A stretch of 64,000 bases of DNA from Alphaproteobacteria bacterium (lineage in GTDB: Bacteria > Pseudomonadota > Alphaproteobacteria > MPNO01 > UBA830). A program made the translations under genes and the position numbers. The notes below the pieces were generated by a model. It saw only the letters and a program-made list of their open reading frames with translations, was not told the DNA's origin and did not search any database. Location: the NCBI GenBank assembly GCA_964291215.2, contig OZ219791.1, positions 3,296,001-3,360,000 of the forward strand, written 5' to 3'. Shown piece after piece: positions 11,382 through 21,694 of the stretch; within the stretch, counting starts at the first letter, position 1; each line of letters starts with the position of its first letter.

Positions 11382-12172
11382 TCGCCGGTCCATCGGGGTG
11401 CGCGCTTTTCGAGGAACGCGTCTATACCCTCTCCGGCATCGCGGGCGAGCATGTTCTCGACCATGGCCTCTCCGGCGTACCGGTAGGCGTCCTCGACCGG
11501 GAGTTCGAGTTGGCGGTAAAACGCCGTCTTGCCGATGCGCAGCGTAAGCGGCGACTTGGAGGCAATCGCTTCGCACCATGAGGCTACCTCCTGGTCGAGC
11601 TCCTCGTCGGAGACGGCCCTGTTGACGAGGCCGGCGGCGGCGGCGTCCTCGGCATCGATCATTTCGCCGAGAAGCAGCATTTCCATCATCTTCTTGCGGG
11701 GCAGGTTACGGCTCGCCGCGACCATCGGCGTCGAGCAGAAGAGACCGATATTCACGCCCGGGGTGGCAAAGCGGGCGGAGCGGCCGGCAATGGCGAGGTC
11801 GCATGTCGCCACGAGCTGGCATCCGGCCGCCGTTGCCGTGGCGTGAACCCTGGCGATCACCGGTTGCGGCAGTTTCATGATCGACAGCATGAGCTTCGAG
11901 CATTGCGCGAAGAGCTTCTCGTGGCTTCGCCGGCCGGAGAGACCGCGAATCTCGCGGAGGTCGTGGCCGGCGCAGAAGGCGGGGCCGTTGGCCGCGATGA
12001 CGACGACGCGTATTGCCTTGTCGTCGGAAATGGCGTCGAGCTCTGCCTGCAGGGTGGCCATAAGGCTTGTCGACAGTGCGTTGCGCGCCTCCGGGCGATT
12101 GAGCGTCAGCGTCGCCACGCCAGCATGGTCGTTGCGCGCTAGAATCCCTTCCATTGGAGGACGGCCGTCCAT
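11378..12172 (-). CDS. Enoyl-CoA hydratase
   Basis: [25 protein letters not shown]; start uncertain (12154 alternative). Confidence 0.92.
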   Translation of the reverse strand: MDGRPPMEGILARNDHAGVATLTLNRPEARNALSTSLMATLQAELDAISDDKAIRVVVIAANGPAFCAGHDLREIRGLSGRRSHEKLFAQCSKLMLSIMKLPQPVIARVHATATAAGCQLVATCDLAIAGRSARFATPGVNIGLFCSTPMVAASRNLPRKKMMEMLLLGEMIDAEDAAAAGLVNRAVSDEELDQEVASWCEAIASKSPLTLRIGKTAFYRQLELPVEDAYRYAGEAMVENMLARDAGEGIDAFLEKRAPRWTGE

Positions 12173-12339
12173 TTTGCAATCCCGAGAACATTGCGCACGG
12201 AAGCAAGCACTATAGCATCGGCGGTTGCGTTGCGGACGGAAAATTTGCTGTCCGGGAGAGCTTGACAAGAAGTCAGATTCTGTCATGTTGCGGGAGCTTC
12301 TCGCCGCGCTGGCGGCGTTTTTTGCCTTGGACAGTCGTA

Positions 12340-12804
12340 ATGAAAACCTATTCCGCAAAAGCGGCGGATATCGAATCGAAATGGTATCTGATCGATGCCG
12401 AGGATGTGGTGCTCGGCCGGCTCGCATCGCTGTGCGCGAGAATCCTCCGCGGCAAGCACAAGCCTGTCTTCACACCGCATGTGGATTGCGGCGACGGCGT
12501 CGTCGTCGTCAATGCGGAACGGGTTGCGCTTACCGGCAACAAGCTGACGGACAAGATCTACTACCGGCACACCGGCTATCCCGGCGGCATCAGGAGCGTC
12601 ACGCCGGAGAAGCTGATCGCGGACGGGAAGGCGGAACGAATCGTGATGAAGGCGGTCGAGCGGATGCTTCCCAAGACCAAGCTCGGACGCAGGCAGATAA
12701 CCAAGCTTCGCGTCTATTCCGGTCCCGACCATCCGCACCAGGCCCAGAACCCGGAACAGCTGGATCTGGCGTCGATGAACCGCAAGAACATGAGGACAGG
12801 CTGA
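12340..12804 (+). CDS. rplM: 50S ribosomal protein L13
   Basis: [22 protein letters not shown]. Confidence 0.98.
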   Translation: MKTYSAKAADIESKWYLIDAEDVVLGRLASLCARILRGKHKPVFTPHVDCGDGVVVVNAERVALTGNKLTDKIYYRHTGYPGGIRSVTPEKLIADGKAERIVMKAVERMLPKTKLGRRQITKLRVYSGPDHPHQAQNPEQLDLASMNRKNMRTG

Positions 12805-12805
12805 G

Positions 12806-13348
12806 ATGGCCGAAACCGAGACACAGGAACAGCAACCCGCCGAAACGGTCCTCGGCGAGGCGATGGCCGCTGCCGGAGTCGCGGCCGGGGCGGACGCCTC
12901 CGAGGACGGCGATGCCGGCGACGCTTTCGGCGCCGCGCCGCAGGAACCGCAGATTGACAGTCTCGGCCGCGCCTATGCCACCGGAAAGCGCAAGAACGCG
13001 ATCGCCCGCGTGTGGCTGAAACGCGGCACGGGCGGCGTCGTGGTCAACGGCAGACCGGCGCCGGAGTATTTTGCCCGGTCGGTGCTCCAGATGATCATCA
13101 ACCAGCCCTTCGAGGCGGCCAACCGCGGAAACGAGTTCGACATCTGGTGCACGGTCAAGGGCGGCGGGCTCTCGGGCCAGGCCGGCGCGGTGCGCCACGG
13201 AATATCGAAGGCGCTCGCGCTGTTTGAGCCGGAACTCCGCTCGACCCTCAAGAAGGGCAGCTTCCTCACGCGGGATTCGCGCATCGTCGAGCGCAAGAAA
13301 TACGGCAAGCGCAAGGCGCGACGCAGCTTCCAGTTCTCCAAGCGCTAG
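12806..13348 (+). CDS. rpsI: 30S ribosomal protein S9
   Basis: [24 protein letters not shown]-terminus. Confidence 0.98.
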   Translation: MAETETQEQQPAETVLGEAMAAAGVAAGADASEDGDAGDAFGAAPQEPQIDSLGRAYATGKRKNAIARVWLKRGTGGVVVNGRPAPEYFARSVLQMIINQPFEAANRGNEFDIWCTVKGGGLSGQAGAVRHGISKALALFEPELRSTLKKGSFLTRDSRIVERKKYGKRKARRSFQFSKR

Positions 13349-13372
13349 GCAGGCGTCTCGTCGCATCCAGAC

Positions 13373-13405
13373 AAGAGGCGCCCGGCGCGGGCGCCTTTTT
13401 TCTTT
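13373..13405 (+). terminator. Intrinsic terminator after rpsI
   Basis: AGGCGCCCG-GCG-CGGGCGCCT stem followed by T-tract. Confidence 0.8.
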
Positions 13406-13450
13406 GTGCGCGCCTGGCGCGCCCCTATACTGGCATCGGGAAACAGAGCC

Positions 13451-14509
13451 TTGGCAGAGCAGAGATCCGACAGCATTCGTGTCGCCCTTCTCGGCGCGAC
13501 CGGTTACACCGGCTCCGAACTGGTACGCCTCCTGATACCGCACCCTCGGGCAAGGATCGTGGCAGCGACCGCAGATCGACATGCGGGCAGGGACATCGCC
13601 GAGATCTTTCCGCAGTTCGCGGGCCGGGCGATTCCGAAGCTGACGCGCATAGAGGACCAGGACTGGTCTGCCATCGATGCCGTGTTTTGCTGCCTGCCTC
13701 ACGGTACTACCCAGGAGGTGATCGCCGCCCTGCCGCACCATCTCAGGATCCTCGACCTGTCAGCGGATTTCAGGTTGCAGGATCCGGCGACCTATGCCGA
13801 ATGGTATGGTCATGAGCATCTCGCCGTCGAACTCCAGGGCGAGGCGGTCTACGGGCTCACCGAGCGGGCGCGCGACAGCATTAGGGAGGCGCGGCTCGTC
13901 GCCTGTCCGGGCTGTTATCCAACATCGGCGATCCTTCCCCTGGCGCCGCTCCTTGAGGCGGGCGTGATTGACGCGGATGACGGCATCATCATCGATTCGA
14001 AATCCGGCGTCAGCGGCGCGGGGCGCGCGGCAAAGGAGATAAGTCTGTTCGCCGAGGTTGCCGAGGGCATTCACGCTTATGGCGTCGCGCGGCACCGCCA
14101 CGCCCCGGAGATCGAACAGGAACTATCGGCCGCGGCCGGACATCCGGTAAGCGTCAATTTTACACCGCACCTCATCCCGATGAACCGCGGAATCCTGTCG
14201 ACGATCTATGTCAGGCTGGCTGCGGGCGTCGGGTTCGAGGCACTCTGCGGCGCGTTGGCGCAAGCCTACGCGGAAGAACCGTTCGTGCGCGTCATGCCGC
14301 CCGGGGTCGCGCCGGCGAGCCGCCATGTGCGGGGATCTAATTTCGCCCTGATCGGTGCGTTTGCCGACCGCCTGCCGGGCCGCGCGATTCTCGTCTCGGT
14401 GCTCGACAATCTGGTCAAGGGCGCTTCCGGACAGGCGCTGCAGAACATGAACCTCATATTCGGCCTGCCGGAGACCATGGGTCTCGAACAGCAGCCCATG
14501 TACCCGTGA
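13451..14509 (+). CDS. argC: N-acetyl-gamma-glutamyl-phosphate reductase
   Basis: GATGYTG, PGCYPT, DNLVKGASGQA; TTG start inferred. Confidence 0.96.
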   Translation: MAEQRSDSIRVALLGATGYTGSELVRLLIPHPRARIVAATADRHAGRDIAEIFPQFAGRAIPKLTRIEDQDWSAIDAVFCCLPHGTTQEVIAALPHHLRILDLSADFRLQDPATYAEWYGHEHLAVELQGEAVYGLTERARDSIREARLVACPGCYPTSAILPLAPLLEAGVIDADDGIIIDSKSGVSGAGRAAKEISLFAEVAEGIHAYGVARHRHAPEIEQELSAAAGHPVSVNFTPHLIPMNRGILSTIYVRLAAGVGFEALCGALAQAYAEEPFVRVMPPGVAPASRHVRGSNFALIGAFADRLPGRAILVSVLDNLVKGASGQALQNMNLIFGLPETMGLEQQPMYP

Positions 14510-14583
14510 GCGTTGCGCCACCGCCTCCGAGGGGTGGGTATGCGGGAAGGCAGAAACCCGGCCCGCCAGATCGAGGAGATGTC

Positions 14584-15150
14584 ATGATCCAGTACCAGGG
14601 GAACATCCTTCCCTATCTCGAGAAGCGGCCGAAGATCGCAGACGATGTCTTCATCGCTCCAGGGGCCTGCATCATCGGTGATGTGGAGATTGGCGCGGGC
14701 TCGTCGATATGGTTCAATACGGTCATTCGCGGCGATGACTTTCCGATACGCATCGGCGAGCGCGTGAATGTCCAGGACGGAACCATCATTCATGTGCATA
14801 CGAGCTATCAGGGTACCTTCATCGGTGATGACGTGACGATTGGACACATGGCGCTGCTTCACGCCTGCAACATCGAGAGTGGTGCCTTCGTCGGCATGGG
14901 TTCCATAGCGCTCGACGGCAGCACCGTCGAGTCCGGCGCGATGTTGGCCGCCGGCGCGATGCTGACGCCGGGAAAGACGGTGAAGAGCGGTGAGTTGTGG
15001 GCCGGGCGCCCGGCGCGGTACATGCGCGCGATTACCGAGGAGGAACTCGGCAATTTCGAATGGTCATTTGACTCGTATGCCCAACGGGCGCAGGAATACC
15101 GTACGCAGTATGGACAGCTTGCCCGCGGCCGCCGTCAGGCGGCTGAATAG
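14584..15150 (+). CDS. Gamma carbonic anhydrase family protein
   Basis: Hexapeptide repeats, IRGD, NVQDGTIIH, GH..LH. Confidence 0.92.
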   Translation: MIQYQGNILPYLEKRPKIADDVFIAPGACIIGDVEIGAGSSIWFNTVIRGDDFPIRIGERVNVQDGTIIHVHTSYQGTFIGDDVTIGHMALLHACNIESGAFVGMGSIALDGSTVESGAMLAAGAMLTPGKTVKSGELWAGRPARYMRAITEEELGNFEWSFDSYAQRAQEYRTQYGQLARGRRQAAE

Positions 15151-15208
15151 GCACGGTTGCAATCGCGCCGGCCGGGCAGAGCCAGGAACTCTCGGGGGAA
15201 CGTGGACG

Positions 15209-15826
15209 ATGAGCCGGATACGCGAACTGGGCGATAGCGAAATTGGCAACTTGGCAGAATTCTTCGCGCCCGTATTGGAGCGGCTGGGGTTCGTGCCGAA
15301 TTCGCAGCGCGTCATGGCGCACAAGCCCGAGCTGCTTGAAGCATTCGCAGCACTGGCGAAAGCAGTCAACAACGAGACGGAACAGTCGATTCCGGCATCC
15401 CTCAAATACATGATTGCCAACGCCTCGAGTCTCGCGGCGGGCTGCATGTACTGCGTCGCCCACACCGGAAGTGGAACCAGCCGCACCGGTGTCGAGGACG
15501 AGAAGATCGCTGCCATCTGGGAGTTCGAGAGCAGCGACTTGTTTTCGGAGGCGGAAAAATCAGCCCTGCGTTTTGCTCAGGCGGCGGCCTCTGTGCCCAA
15601 CATGGCGGGCGACGCCGATTTCGCGGACCTGCGCCGACATTTCACCGACTATCAGATCGTCGAGATCGTCGGCGTGGTCTCGCTGTTCGGTTTCCTCAAC
15701 CGCTGGAACGACACCATGGCGACCACGCTGGAAGATGAGCCGACGGAATTTGCGGAGCGCACGATCAGAGACAAAGGCTGGGACGGCGGAAAGCATGTTG
15801 ACGATCCGCGTCAAGCGGCCGAGTAG
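15209..15826 (+). CDS. Carboxymuconolactone decarboxylase/AhpD family protein
   Basis: GFVPN, GCMYCVAH, FLNRWND. Confidence 0.88.
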   Translation: MSRIRELGDSEIGNLAEFFAPVLERLGFVPNSQRVMAHKPELLEAFAALAKAVNNETEQSIPASLKYMIANASSLAAGCMYCVAHTGSGTSRTGVEDEKIAAIWEFESSDLFSEAEKSALRFAQAAASVPNMAGDADFADLRRHFTDYQIVEIVGVVSLFGFLNRWNDTMATTLEDEPTEFAERTIRDKGWDGGKHVDDPRQAAE

Positions 15827-15850
15827 AGAGTTCCATTAGGGGGATCGTTT

Positions 15851-15881
15851 CCCTGCCGCACCGAGATCCGGTGCGGCAGGG
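15851..15881. terminator. GC-rich hairpin between CMD gene and infA
   Basis: CCCTGCCGCACCG-AGATC-CGGTGCGGCAGGG; no T-tract. Confidence 0.45.
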
Positions 15882-15952
15882 GCGGCAAGGCTGGCGGTCC
15901 CCGTCAGTGGTCCAGTCCGGCCTTGCTTGTCCGAAACAACACGGGAAATACG

Positions 15953-16171
15953 ATGCCGAAAGAAGATTTCATGGAGTTTTCCGGAATGGTCATGGAGCTG
16001 TTGCCCAATGCCATGTTCCGGGTGAAGCTGGATAACGACCACGAAGTGCTGGCCCACACTTCGGGCAAGATGCGCAAGAATCGGATTCGCGTTCTTGCCG
16101 GAGACCGCGTCAATGTCGAGATGACGCCCTACGATCTCACCAAGGGCCGGATCACCTTCCGTTTCAAATAG
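15953..16171 (+). CDS. infA: Translation initiation factor IF-1
   Basis: [22 protein letters not shown]. Confidence 0.98.
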   Translation: MPKEDFMEFSGMVMELLPNAMFRVKLDNDHEVLAHTSGKMRKNRIRVLAGDRVNVEMTPYDLTKGRITFRFK

Positions 16172-16175
16172 GGCA

Positions 16176-16808
16176 ATGGCCGAAGCCCCCGGGCCGCAGC
16201 GCCTGGTTCTGGCATCTTCGTCGCCGCGCCGCCTTCAACTTCTGGCCCAGGTCGGGATCGTTCCCGACACCGTCATTCCTGCCGAAATCGACGAGACTCC
16301 GGGGGAGCGGGAGCTGCCTGGCCATCTTGCCCGCCGACTGGCCGATGCCAAGGCGGTAACTGTCGGGGTGGCGGCTGGTAGTGCATTCGTGCTTGCTGCG
16401 GACACGGTCGTTGCGCTTGGGCGCCGAATCCTGGGAAAGCCGGCCGGCGAAGCCGAGGCGCGGCGTTTCCTGCGCATGCTTTCGGGACGCCGCCACCAGG
16501 TCTATGGCGGTGTTACGGTGCTTGCTCCGGACGGCCGTTGCGCCGGTCGACTGGTACGGACTGCGGTCAGCTTCAAGCGTCTCGACACGTCTGAAGTCGA
16601 GAGCTATGTCGCTGGTGGCGAATGGCAGGGCAAGGCGGGGGGCTATTCCATACAGGGCGCAGCAGGGGCATTCGTGCCGCGCGTCAACGGCTCATATCCG
16701 AACGTTGTCGGGCTTCCCCTCTACGAGACAGTCTCCCTGCTGAGAGGGCTCGGTTATCAGCTGACGGCTGCAGCGCCAGACATGGCTGCAAGACGGGCGG
16801 ATCACTAA
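16176..16808 (+). CDS. maf: Maf nucleoside triphosphate pyrophosphatase
   Basis: LASSSPRR, ADTVV, KAGGY. Confidence 0.94.
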   Translation: MAEAPGPQRLVLASSSPRRLQLLAQVGIVPDTVIPAEIDETPGERELPGHLARRLADAKAVTVGVAAGSAFVLAADTVVALGRRILGKPAGEAEARRFLRMLSGRRHQVYGGVTVLAPDGRCAGRLVRTAVSFKRLDTSEVESYVAGGEWQGKAGGYSIQGAAGAFVPRVNGSYPNVVGLPLYETVSLLRGLGYQLTAAAPDMAARRADH

Positions 16809-18251
16809 ATGGCCACCGAACTCCTTGTCAGCACGCTGCCGGGAGAGGTGCGCGCGGCTCTCGTCGAGGACGGCGCGGTGACCGAACTTGCCTTTGAACG
16901 CGCCGGCGAAGCGAGCATCGTCGGGAACATCTATCTCGGCCGCATCGAGCGGATGATGCCTGGTGCCGGCGCGGCGTTCGTGAACATCGGTCTCGCGCGC
17001 TCAGGTTTTCTTGTCCTGGGGGATCGGTGGCAGGGATCCGCAACTCATGCGGAGGGTACCACGGGGGCGCTGCATGAAGGAGCAGCCGTGGTCGTGACGG
17101 CGGTCAAGGATTCGGTAGGACGCAAGGGCCCGGAACTCTCGTTGCGGCTGTCGCTGCCGGGGCGCCATCTCGTCTACCTGCCGCAGAATGGCCTAATCGC
17201 GGTCTCGCGCCGGATCGCTGACGAAGACGAGCGCCAGAGACTGCTCGGGCTGGGGGCGGAGATTGCAGCGCAGGAAGAGGGGCTTGTGGTCCGCACGGCC
17301 GCGACAGGGGCTTCGCGCGCGGATCTGGAAGCGGATTTGCGGCTACTTCGCGAAACCTGGGCCGCGGTCGAGAAGGCGCAAAGGACGGCTTCCGCGCCGA
17401 CGCTGCTTTATGCCGATCTTGATCCGGTAACTCGCATTCTCCGCGATCAGGCGCTCGACCGAATCGACCGTCTGGTTTTCGACGATGGGGCTGCTGCGGA
17501 CCGCGCCCGCCGGTATTGTGATGCGATGATACCGGGATGGTCTGAGCGGTTGAGTCTCCATTCTTCGGACGACGACATGTTCGAGGTTCTTGGCATAGAG
17601 GCGGAGATCGAGCGCGCCTGCCGCAGGCGCGTGCGAATGTCGTCCGGTGGCAACCTCGTCATCGACTCGATGGAAGCTTTGACCGCAATCGATGTGAATT
17701 CCGGCTCGTTCGAGGCCGGCTCCGATCCGGAACGGACAGCGTTCGAGATCAACCAGGAGGCCGCTGCGGAGGCTCTTCGCCAGATCCGGCTGCGTAATCT
17801 CTCCGGTCTGATCGTCATAGACTTCATCGGCATGGAAGATCCCGGCAACTGGCGCGCGGTTCTTGCCCTGCTGGAACAAGGGACCTTGCGGGACCGGACA
17901 CGCCTCCGCGTCCTGGGGCGGACGCGTGCCGGGTTGGTGGAACTTACCCGCCGCCGCCGCCGCCGTTCCCTGGCCCAGCTGATGACGGAAACATGCGCTT
18001 CGTGCCGCGGCTCCGGGTGGGCGGTGTCGCCGGATGCCGCCTGTCTCGACATATTGCGGGCGCTGCAGCGTGAAGGGGCGACTCTTCCGGCCAGGCAGCT
18101 GACACTACATGCGGCGCCTGAGGTTGCCGCCATGCTCGACAGCCGGTATGCGGATACACTGCGCGATCTTGAGGTGCAAATTGCCTGTCGTGTCGATGTG
18201 CGTGCGGCCGCGGGCTTGGCAAATCATCAGTACGAGATCGTGTCGGGATAG
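16809..18251 (+). CDS. rng: Ribonuclease E/G family
   Basis: GNIYLG, IDVNSG, LRNLSGLIVIDFI. Confidence 0.92.
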   Translation: MATELLVSTLPGEVRAALVEDGAVTELAFERAGEASIVGNIYLGRIERMMPGAGAAFVNIGLARSGFLVLGDRWQGSATHAEGTTGALHEGAAVVVTAVKDSVGRKGPELSLRLSLPGRHLVYLPQNGLIAVSRRIADEDERQRLLGLGAEIAAQEEGLVVRTAATGASRADLEADLRLLRETWAAVEKAQRTASAPTLLYADLDPVTRILRDQALDRIDRLVFDDGAAADRARRYCDAMIPGWSERLSLHSSDDDMFEVLGIEAEIERACRRRVRMSSGGNLVIDSMEALTAIDVNSGSFEAGSDPERTAFEINQEAAAEALRQIRLRNLSGLIVIDFIGMEDPGNWRAVLALLEQGTLRDRTRLRVLGRTRAGLVELTRRRRRRSLAQLMTETCASCRGSGWAVSPDAACLDILRALQREGATLPARQLTLHAAPEVAAMLDSRYADTLRDLEVQIACRVDVRAAAGLANHQYEIVSG

Positions 18252-18261
18252 GAGGGGCCGC

Positions 18262-18462
18262 ATGCGGAGAGCTTCCTGTCCCGTCTGCAAGGCGCCAAGG
18301 TCGCCGAAATATCGTCCGTTCTGCTCGAAACGCTGCAAGGATGCCGATCTCGGACGGTGGTTCAGCGGTGCCTACGCCATTCCCGCGGAAAAGGATGACG
18401 GGGAGGAGGATATCGTCTCGATCCAAGAGGCTGGGGACGGGTTGGGAGGGGATACGGAATAG
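18262..18462 (+). CDS. yacG: DNA gyrase inhibitor
   Basis: CPVC..RPFCSKRCKDADLGRW. Confidence 0.93.
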   Translation: MRRASCPVCKAPRSPKYRPFCSKRCKDADLGRWFSGAYAIPAEKDDGEEDIVSIQEAGDGLGGDTE

Positions 18463-18984
18463 GGCGGGGACTCGCCACACGGGATACGCCCACCTGTCCG
18501 ACTGGAATCGGTGGTGGCGCAGCATGCTGTCGGCGCACTGTCCGAGTACACGAAGCATGTCACCTGCCGCTTCCTCCCCCGTCAGGCACCCGCCGCCGGA
18601 AAGTGGCGGGCAGAAGTATGGGCACGGAGAATGCCTCTGCGTGCGCCAGGATGTCGGCGTCGTCAGTCACCAGCGCGTTGGCACGTCCGACAAGCGCGAG
18701 TTTCAGAAACGAACGGTCAAAACGATCGTTGCACTCGGGAACCGTCGGTGGCAGCTCCGGAACAGTGACGGTCTCGCAGAACGGAAGATAGTCGTCGAGG
18801 AGATCTTGCTGGTCCTCGGTACTCAGCGCGAATTTCAGATGTTCTGACTTCGTGAGTTGACTTCATCAGTCCGGCTCCCCTTTTGTTTGGGGATTATATA
18901 CCAGTTTACCCAAGCGGCGGATCGCCAGCCCAGGGGACTGATTTAAGAGAATCCAAAGGGGGTTATATCGAATGGTCCCAATCC

Positions 18985-19263
18985 TCAGTCATCAAGTTCC
19001 CGCAGTAGCGTTCCCATAGCATTGAGGGCGGCCTTGCGATTTACCTTCAGCATAGTCTCCATGACGGCTATGAATCCCTCCGGTTTGACAACGATGTGAA
19101 CGTCGGAGACGCCGCCCGAGCACGGTATGCTGGTCACTAAATCAACGGTTCCCTCGTAACCGCTGATCGAACCCGATCCGATTTCGAGATCAACCTTCAA
19201 TTGGTCCACTTTCTTCCCCGAGCGCGGGCCGCGCCAAACCTCACAGGATGTCAGTTTCAGCAT
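18985..19263 (-). CDS. Hypothetical passenger protein
   Basis: 92-aa ORF, last in a run downstream of the transposase. Confidence 0.5.
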   Translation of the reverse strand: MLKLTSCEVWRGPRSGKKVDQLKVDLEIGSGSISGYEGTVDLVTSIPCSGGVSDVHIVVKPEGFIAVMETMLKVNRKAALNAMGTLLRELDD

Positions 19264-19267
19264 GTGA

Positions 19268-19417
19268 CTACTTCTCAGAATCATCCGGCTTGAGGTAGCG
19301 CCAATCATCCTTCGGCTTGCGCTGCATGATCGCGAGGGCAATGTCCTTCGACGCGGCGTCAATCGGCTCCGGTAACGGCTTCTCTGCAGGACGGCCCCGC
19401 GACCGCTTCTCGGTCAA
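19268..19417 (-). CDS. 49-aa small protein (not in ORF track)
   Basis: AAGGAG RBS, TTG start, MTEKRSRGRPAEKPLPEPIDAASKDIALAIMQRKPKDDWRYLKPDDSEK. Confidence 0.6.
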   Translation of the reverse strand: MTEKRSRGRPAEKPLPEPIDAASKDIALAIMQRKPKDDWRYLKPDDSEK

Positions 19418-19435
19418 TGGTCGTCTCCTTCAGTC

Positions 19436-19714
19436 TTATCGGCTTTGCTGCCTGATCTTGTCGCACTTGTCTAGCAGCACCGCCAATCGCACCGCGGGGG
19501 ATGCATCCATGTAAAGGGGGCGGGCGTAAGCCTCAAGCAGGAGCGTGCCCTTGACCGCGATCAATGGGGTCCGCGGATCGTCCTCCATGATCCTCGTCAT
19601 GCTGGCCGCTACCCAGTTCCAGCAAGCCTTGTGTCTTTCAGTCGGATCGCCATCGGCGGCCGCTGCTGGAAACGCGAAATGCGCGAGGATCAGACCGATA
19701 ACGATTGCTCTCAT
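19436..19714 (-). CDS. Small secreted hypothetical protein
   Basis: Signal peptide MRAIVIGLILAHFAFPAAA, two Cys. Confidence 0.6.
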   Translation of the reverse strand: MRAIVIGLILAHFAFPAAAADGDPTERHKACWNWVAASMTRIMEDDPRTPLIAVKGTLLLEAYARPLYMDASPAVRLAVLLDKCDKIRQQSR

Positions 19715-19728
19715 GCTCCGTCGTCCTT

Positions 19729-20670
19729 CTATTCGGAGATTAGATCGGAGTAGCTGAGTCGCTTCCCGATCATGCCGGTTACGGTCGTGGCCATCTGGTC
19801 GAGTGTATCGGCGGGCCGGATGTTGTGCCGTCCCGAAAACTCGGTCACATAGCGGTGCATGTGCTTGGTGCTCATGTGGTGGTAGGTACCATGATACCCC
19901 CGCTTGAGCATGGACCAGAAAGACTCGATCCCGTTCGTGTGCGCCATCTGCCGGACATACTCGCCAACGCTGTGATTGACGCTTTCATGGTCGAAAGGAA
20001 TTCCGTTGTATGTCTTCGCGTCATCCGTGTAAACGGTGGCGGACGGATCGGTGTGATCGCCGATGAAGCCGTGCAGGGTTTCGGCGTCAGTCGCCTCGAC
20101 GGGCCGGGCGACGACCTTGCCGGTCTCCCGATCCTTCGCGCCGACCACAGCGGTTTTGCCGACAGGGCCGCGCCCGGTGAGCTTGGCCCGCTTGGCCTTC
20201 GGCATGTTCTTGCGCTTCCCGCCCATGTAGGTCTCATCGACCTCGCAAGGGCCGGCAAAGAGATCGGCGCTGTTATCGTCCCATGTCTCGCGGATGCGGT
20301 GCGCCAGGTGCCAGGCGGTCTTCTGCGTTACGCCGAGATCGCGGTGCAGCTTCATCGAGGACTGTCCCTTGAGGCCGGTGTTGAAGAGGTAGATCGCGAT
20401 GGCCCAGATCTGAAAGCCGAGAGGCGATGAATGCATCAGGGTATCGGTCTTCACTGAGAAGTCCTTGCGGCAGGACCGGCAGCGGTAGGGCTGGGGCTTG
20501 CGCGTCACCCGCTCCTGCACGTTATCGGAGCCGCACTTCGGACAATGGACGCCATCGGGCCAGCGGATTTTCGTGAACCATGCTTCGGCGGTCGCGTCAT
20601 CGGGGAACATGCGGATGAGATCAACGAAGGTCATCCCCTTGCGGAAGTTCTTTCCCGATCCTTTTGTCAT
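19729..20670 (-). CDS. IS1595-family transposase
   Basis: CPKC..CRSC zinc finger, EVDETY, YTDD, HTNGIESFW; uninterrupted. Confidence 0.95.
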   Translation of the reverse strand: MTKGSGKNFRKGMTFVDLIRMFPDDATAEAWFTKIRWPDGVHCPKCGSDNVQERVTRKPQPYRCRSCRKDFSVKTDTLMHSSPLGFQIWAIAIYLFNTGLKGQSSMKLHRDLGVTQKTAWHLAHRIRETWDDNSADLFAGPCEVDETYMGGKRKNMPKAKRAKLTGRGPVGKTAVVGAKDRETGKVVARPVEATDAETLHGFIGDHTDPSATVYTDDAKTYNGIPFDHESVNHSVGEYVRQMAHTNGIESFWSMLKRGYHGTYHHMSTKHMHRYVTEFSGRHNIRPADTLDQMATTVTGMIGKRLSYSDLISE

Positions 20671-20784
20671 GTCTCTACTCCCTATTATGGAAACAGTTTA
20701 CCCAAATCGGGTCGACTCGTCAACAGTTGCCGAAAAAAAAAATTTCTGCTAAATTGTGGGAGTGAACCGTTCACATCATCGCTT

Positions 20785-21300
20785 ATGACGATGGGCTACC
20801 CTGCCAAAGCCGTCGCAAACTACTTCCTGTCAAAATACGGGAAGCATGGCATTACGCCGCTCAAAATCCAGAAGCTCGTGTACATCGCCCATGGTTGGCA
20901 CATGGCCCTGCACGGTGTGGAAAACCCGTTGGTTGATGATGAATATGCCGAGGCTTGGGAATACGGGCCAGTGTTCTCATCCCTGTACCATGAGTTCAAA
21001 TATCGTGGTCGCCTCCCGATCCTCGAACTTGCGACCGAAATAGACGACGATCTGGAATTCACACCCCCGAAGATCCCAAAGTCCGATAAGTCGACCACCG
21101 GGCTGCTTGACCGGATTTGGGAGATCTATGGTGGCCGCACAGGGATTGAACTTTCCGAGATGTGTCATCAGGAAGGTTCGCCGTGGGATAAGGCCAGGAA
21201 AAATTCACAAGGTCGGAGGAACGCTCATATCAGCGACGAAGAAATAGCCGCTCACTATAGAGAGAAGTTGGAGCGAAATAAGGCGCGGCGCAATGGCTGA
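20785..21300 (+). CDS. Panacea (DUF4065/SocA/GepA) antitoxin
   Basis: AVANYFL, TPLKIQKLVY, EAWEYGPV, LSEMCH..PW. Confidence 0.9.
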   Translation: MTMGYPAKAVANYFLSKYGKHGITPLKIQKLVYIAHGWHMALHGVENPLVDDEYAEAWEYGPVFSSLYHEFKYRGRLPILELATEIDDDLEFTPPKIPKSDKSTTGLLDRIWEIYGGRTGIELSEMCHQEGSPWDKARKNSQGRRNAHISDEEIAAHYREKLERNKARRNG

Positions 21301-21694
21301 TCTTGATAACGTGACTGAAGACCCAGAAAATTTGTCGCTCGGAGTGACGGGGAACGCTGAATCTGATTTTTTGTCAGGGCAGGGAGAAGCATTAGCAAAA
21401 GTCCAAGTGGCTTTGGCCCGACAAAGATTGCGGTTTAGACGATTTGCTTTCATCGTCGCTCTTCTCGTCATGGTTGCCGCCGGTATTCTGGAATGGAAAC
21501 TTCTGGAATATATTCGCACGCCGTGTTCGCAAGCTGATGACCTGTTCGTTCTTTTGGCCATCTCCCCTATCGCCTCGATTACGCTGATCTTGATCTTCGT
21601 TCTGAACGGTGTGTTTCGTGGTTTCCGAGAAAGCGACCTAAAGGGCCTCCCGCTTGAAACCGCCGGCAAGGCAGCTTTTGGGGGCGATTCTTAG
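21293..21694 (+). CDS. Two-TM membrane protein, putative Panacea-paired toxin
   Basis: 8-nt overlap with Panacea gene; two hydrophobic helices. Confidence 0.65.
   Translation: MADLDNVTEDPENLSLGVTGNAESDFLSGQGEALAKVQVALARQRLRFRRFAFIVALLVMVAAGILEWKLLEYIRTPCSQADDLFVLLAISPIASITLILIFVLNGVFRGFRESDLKGLPLETAGKAAFGGDS

Noticed and set aside
18463-18880. Short ORFs between yacG and IS1595
   Set aside because: No RBS or motifs; probably non-coding or decayed.
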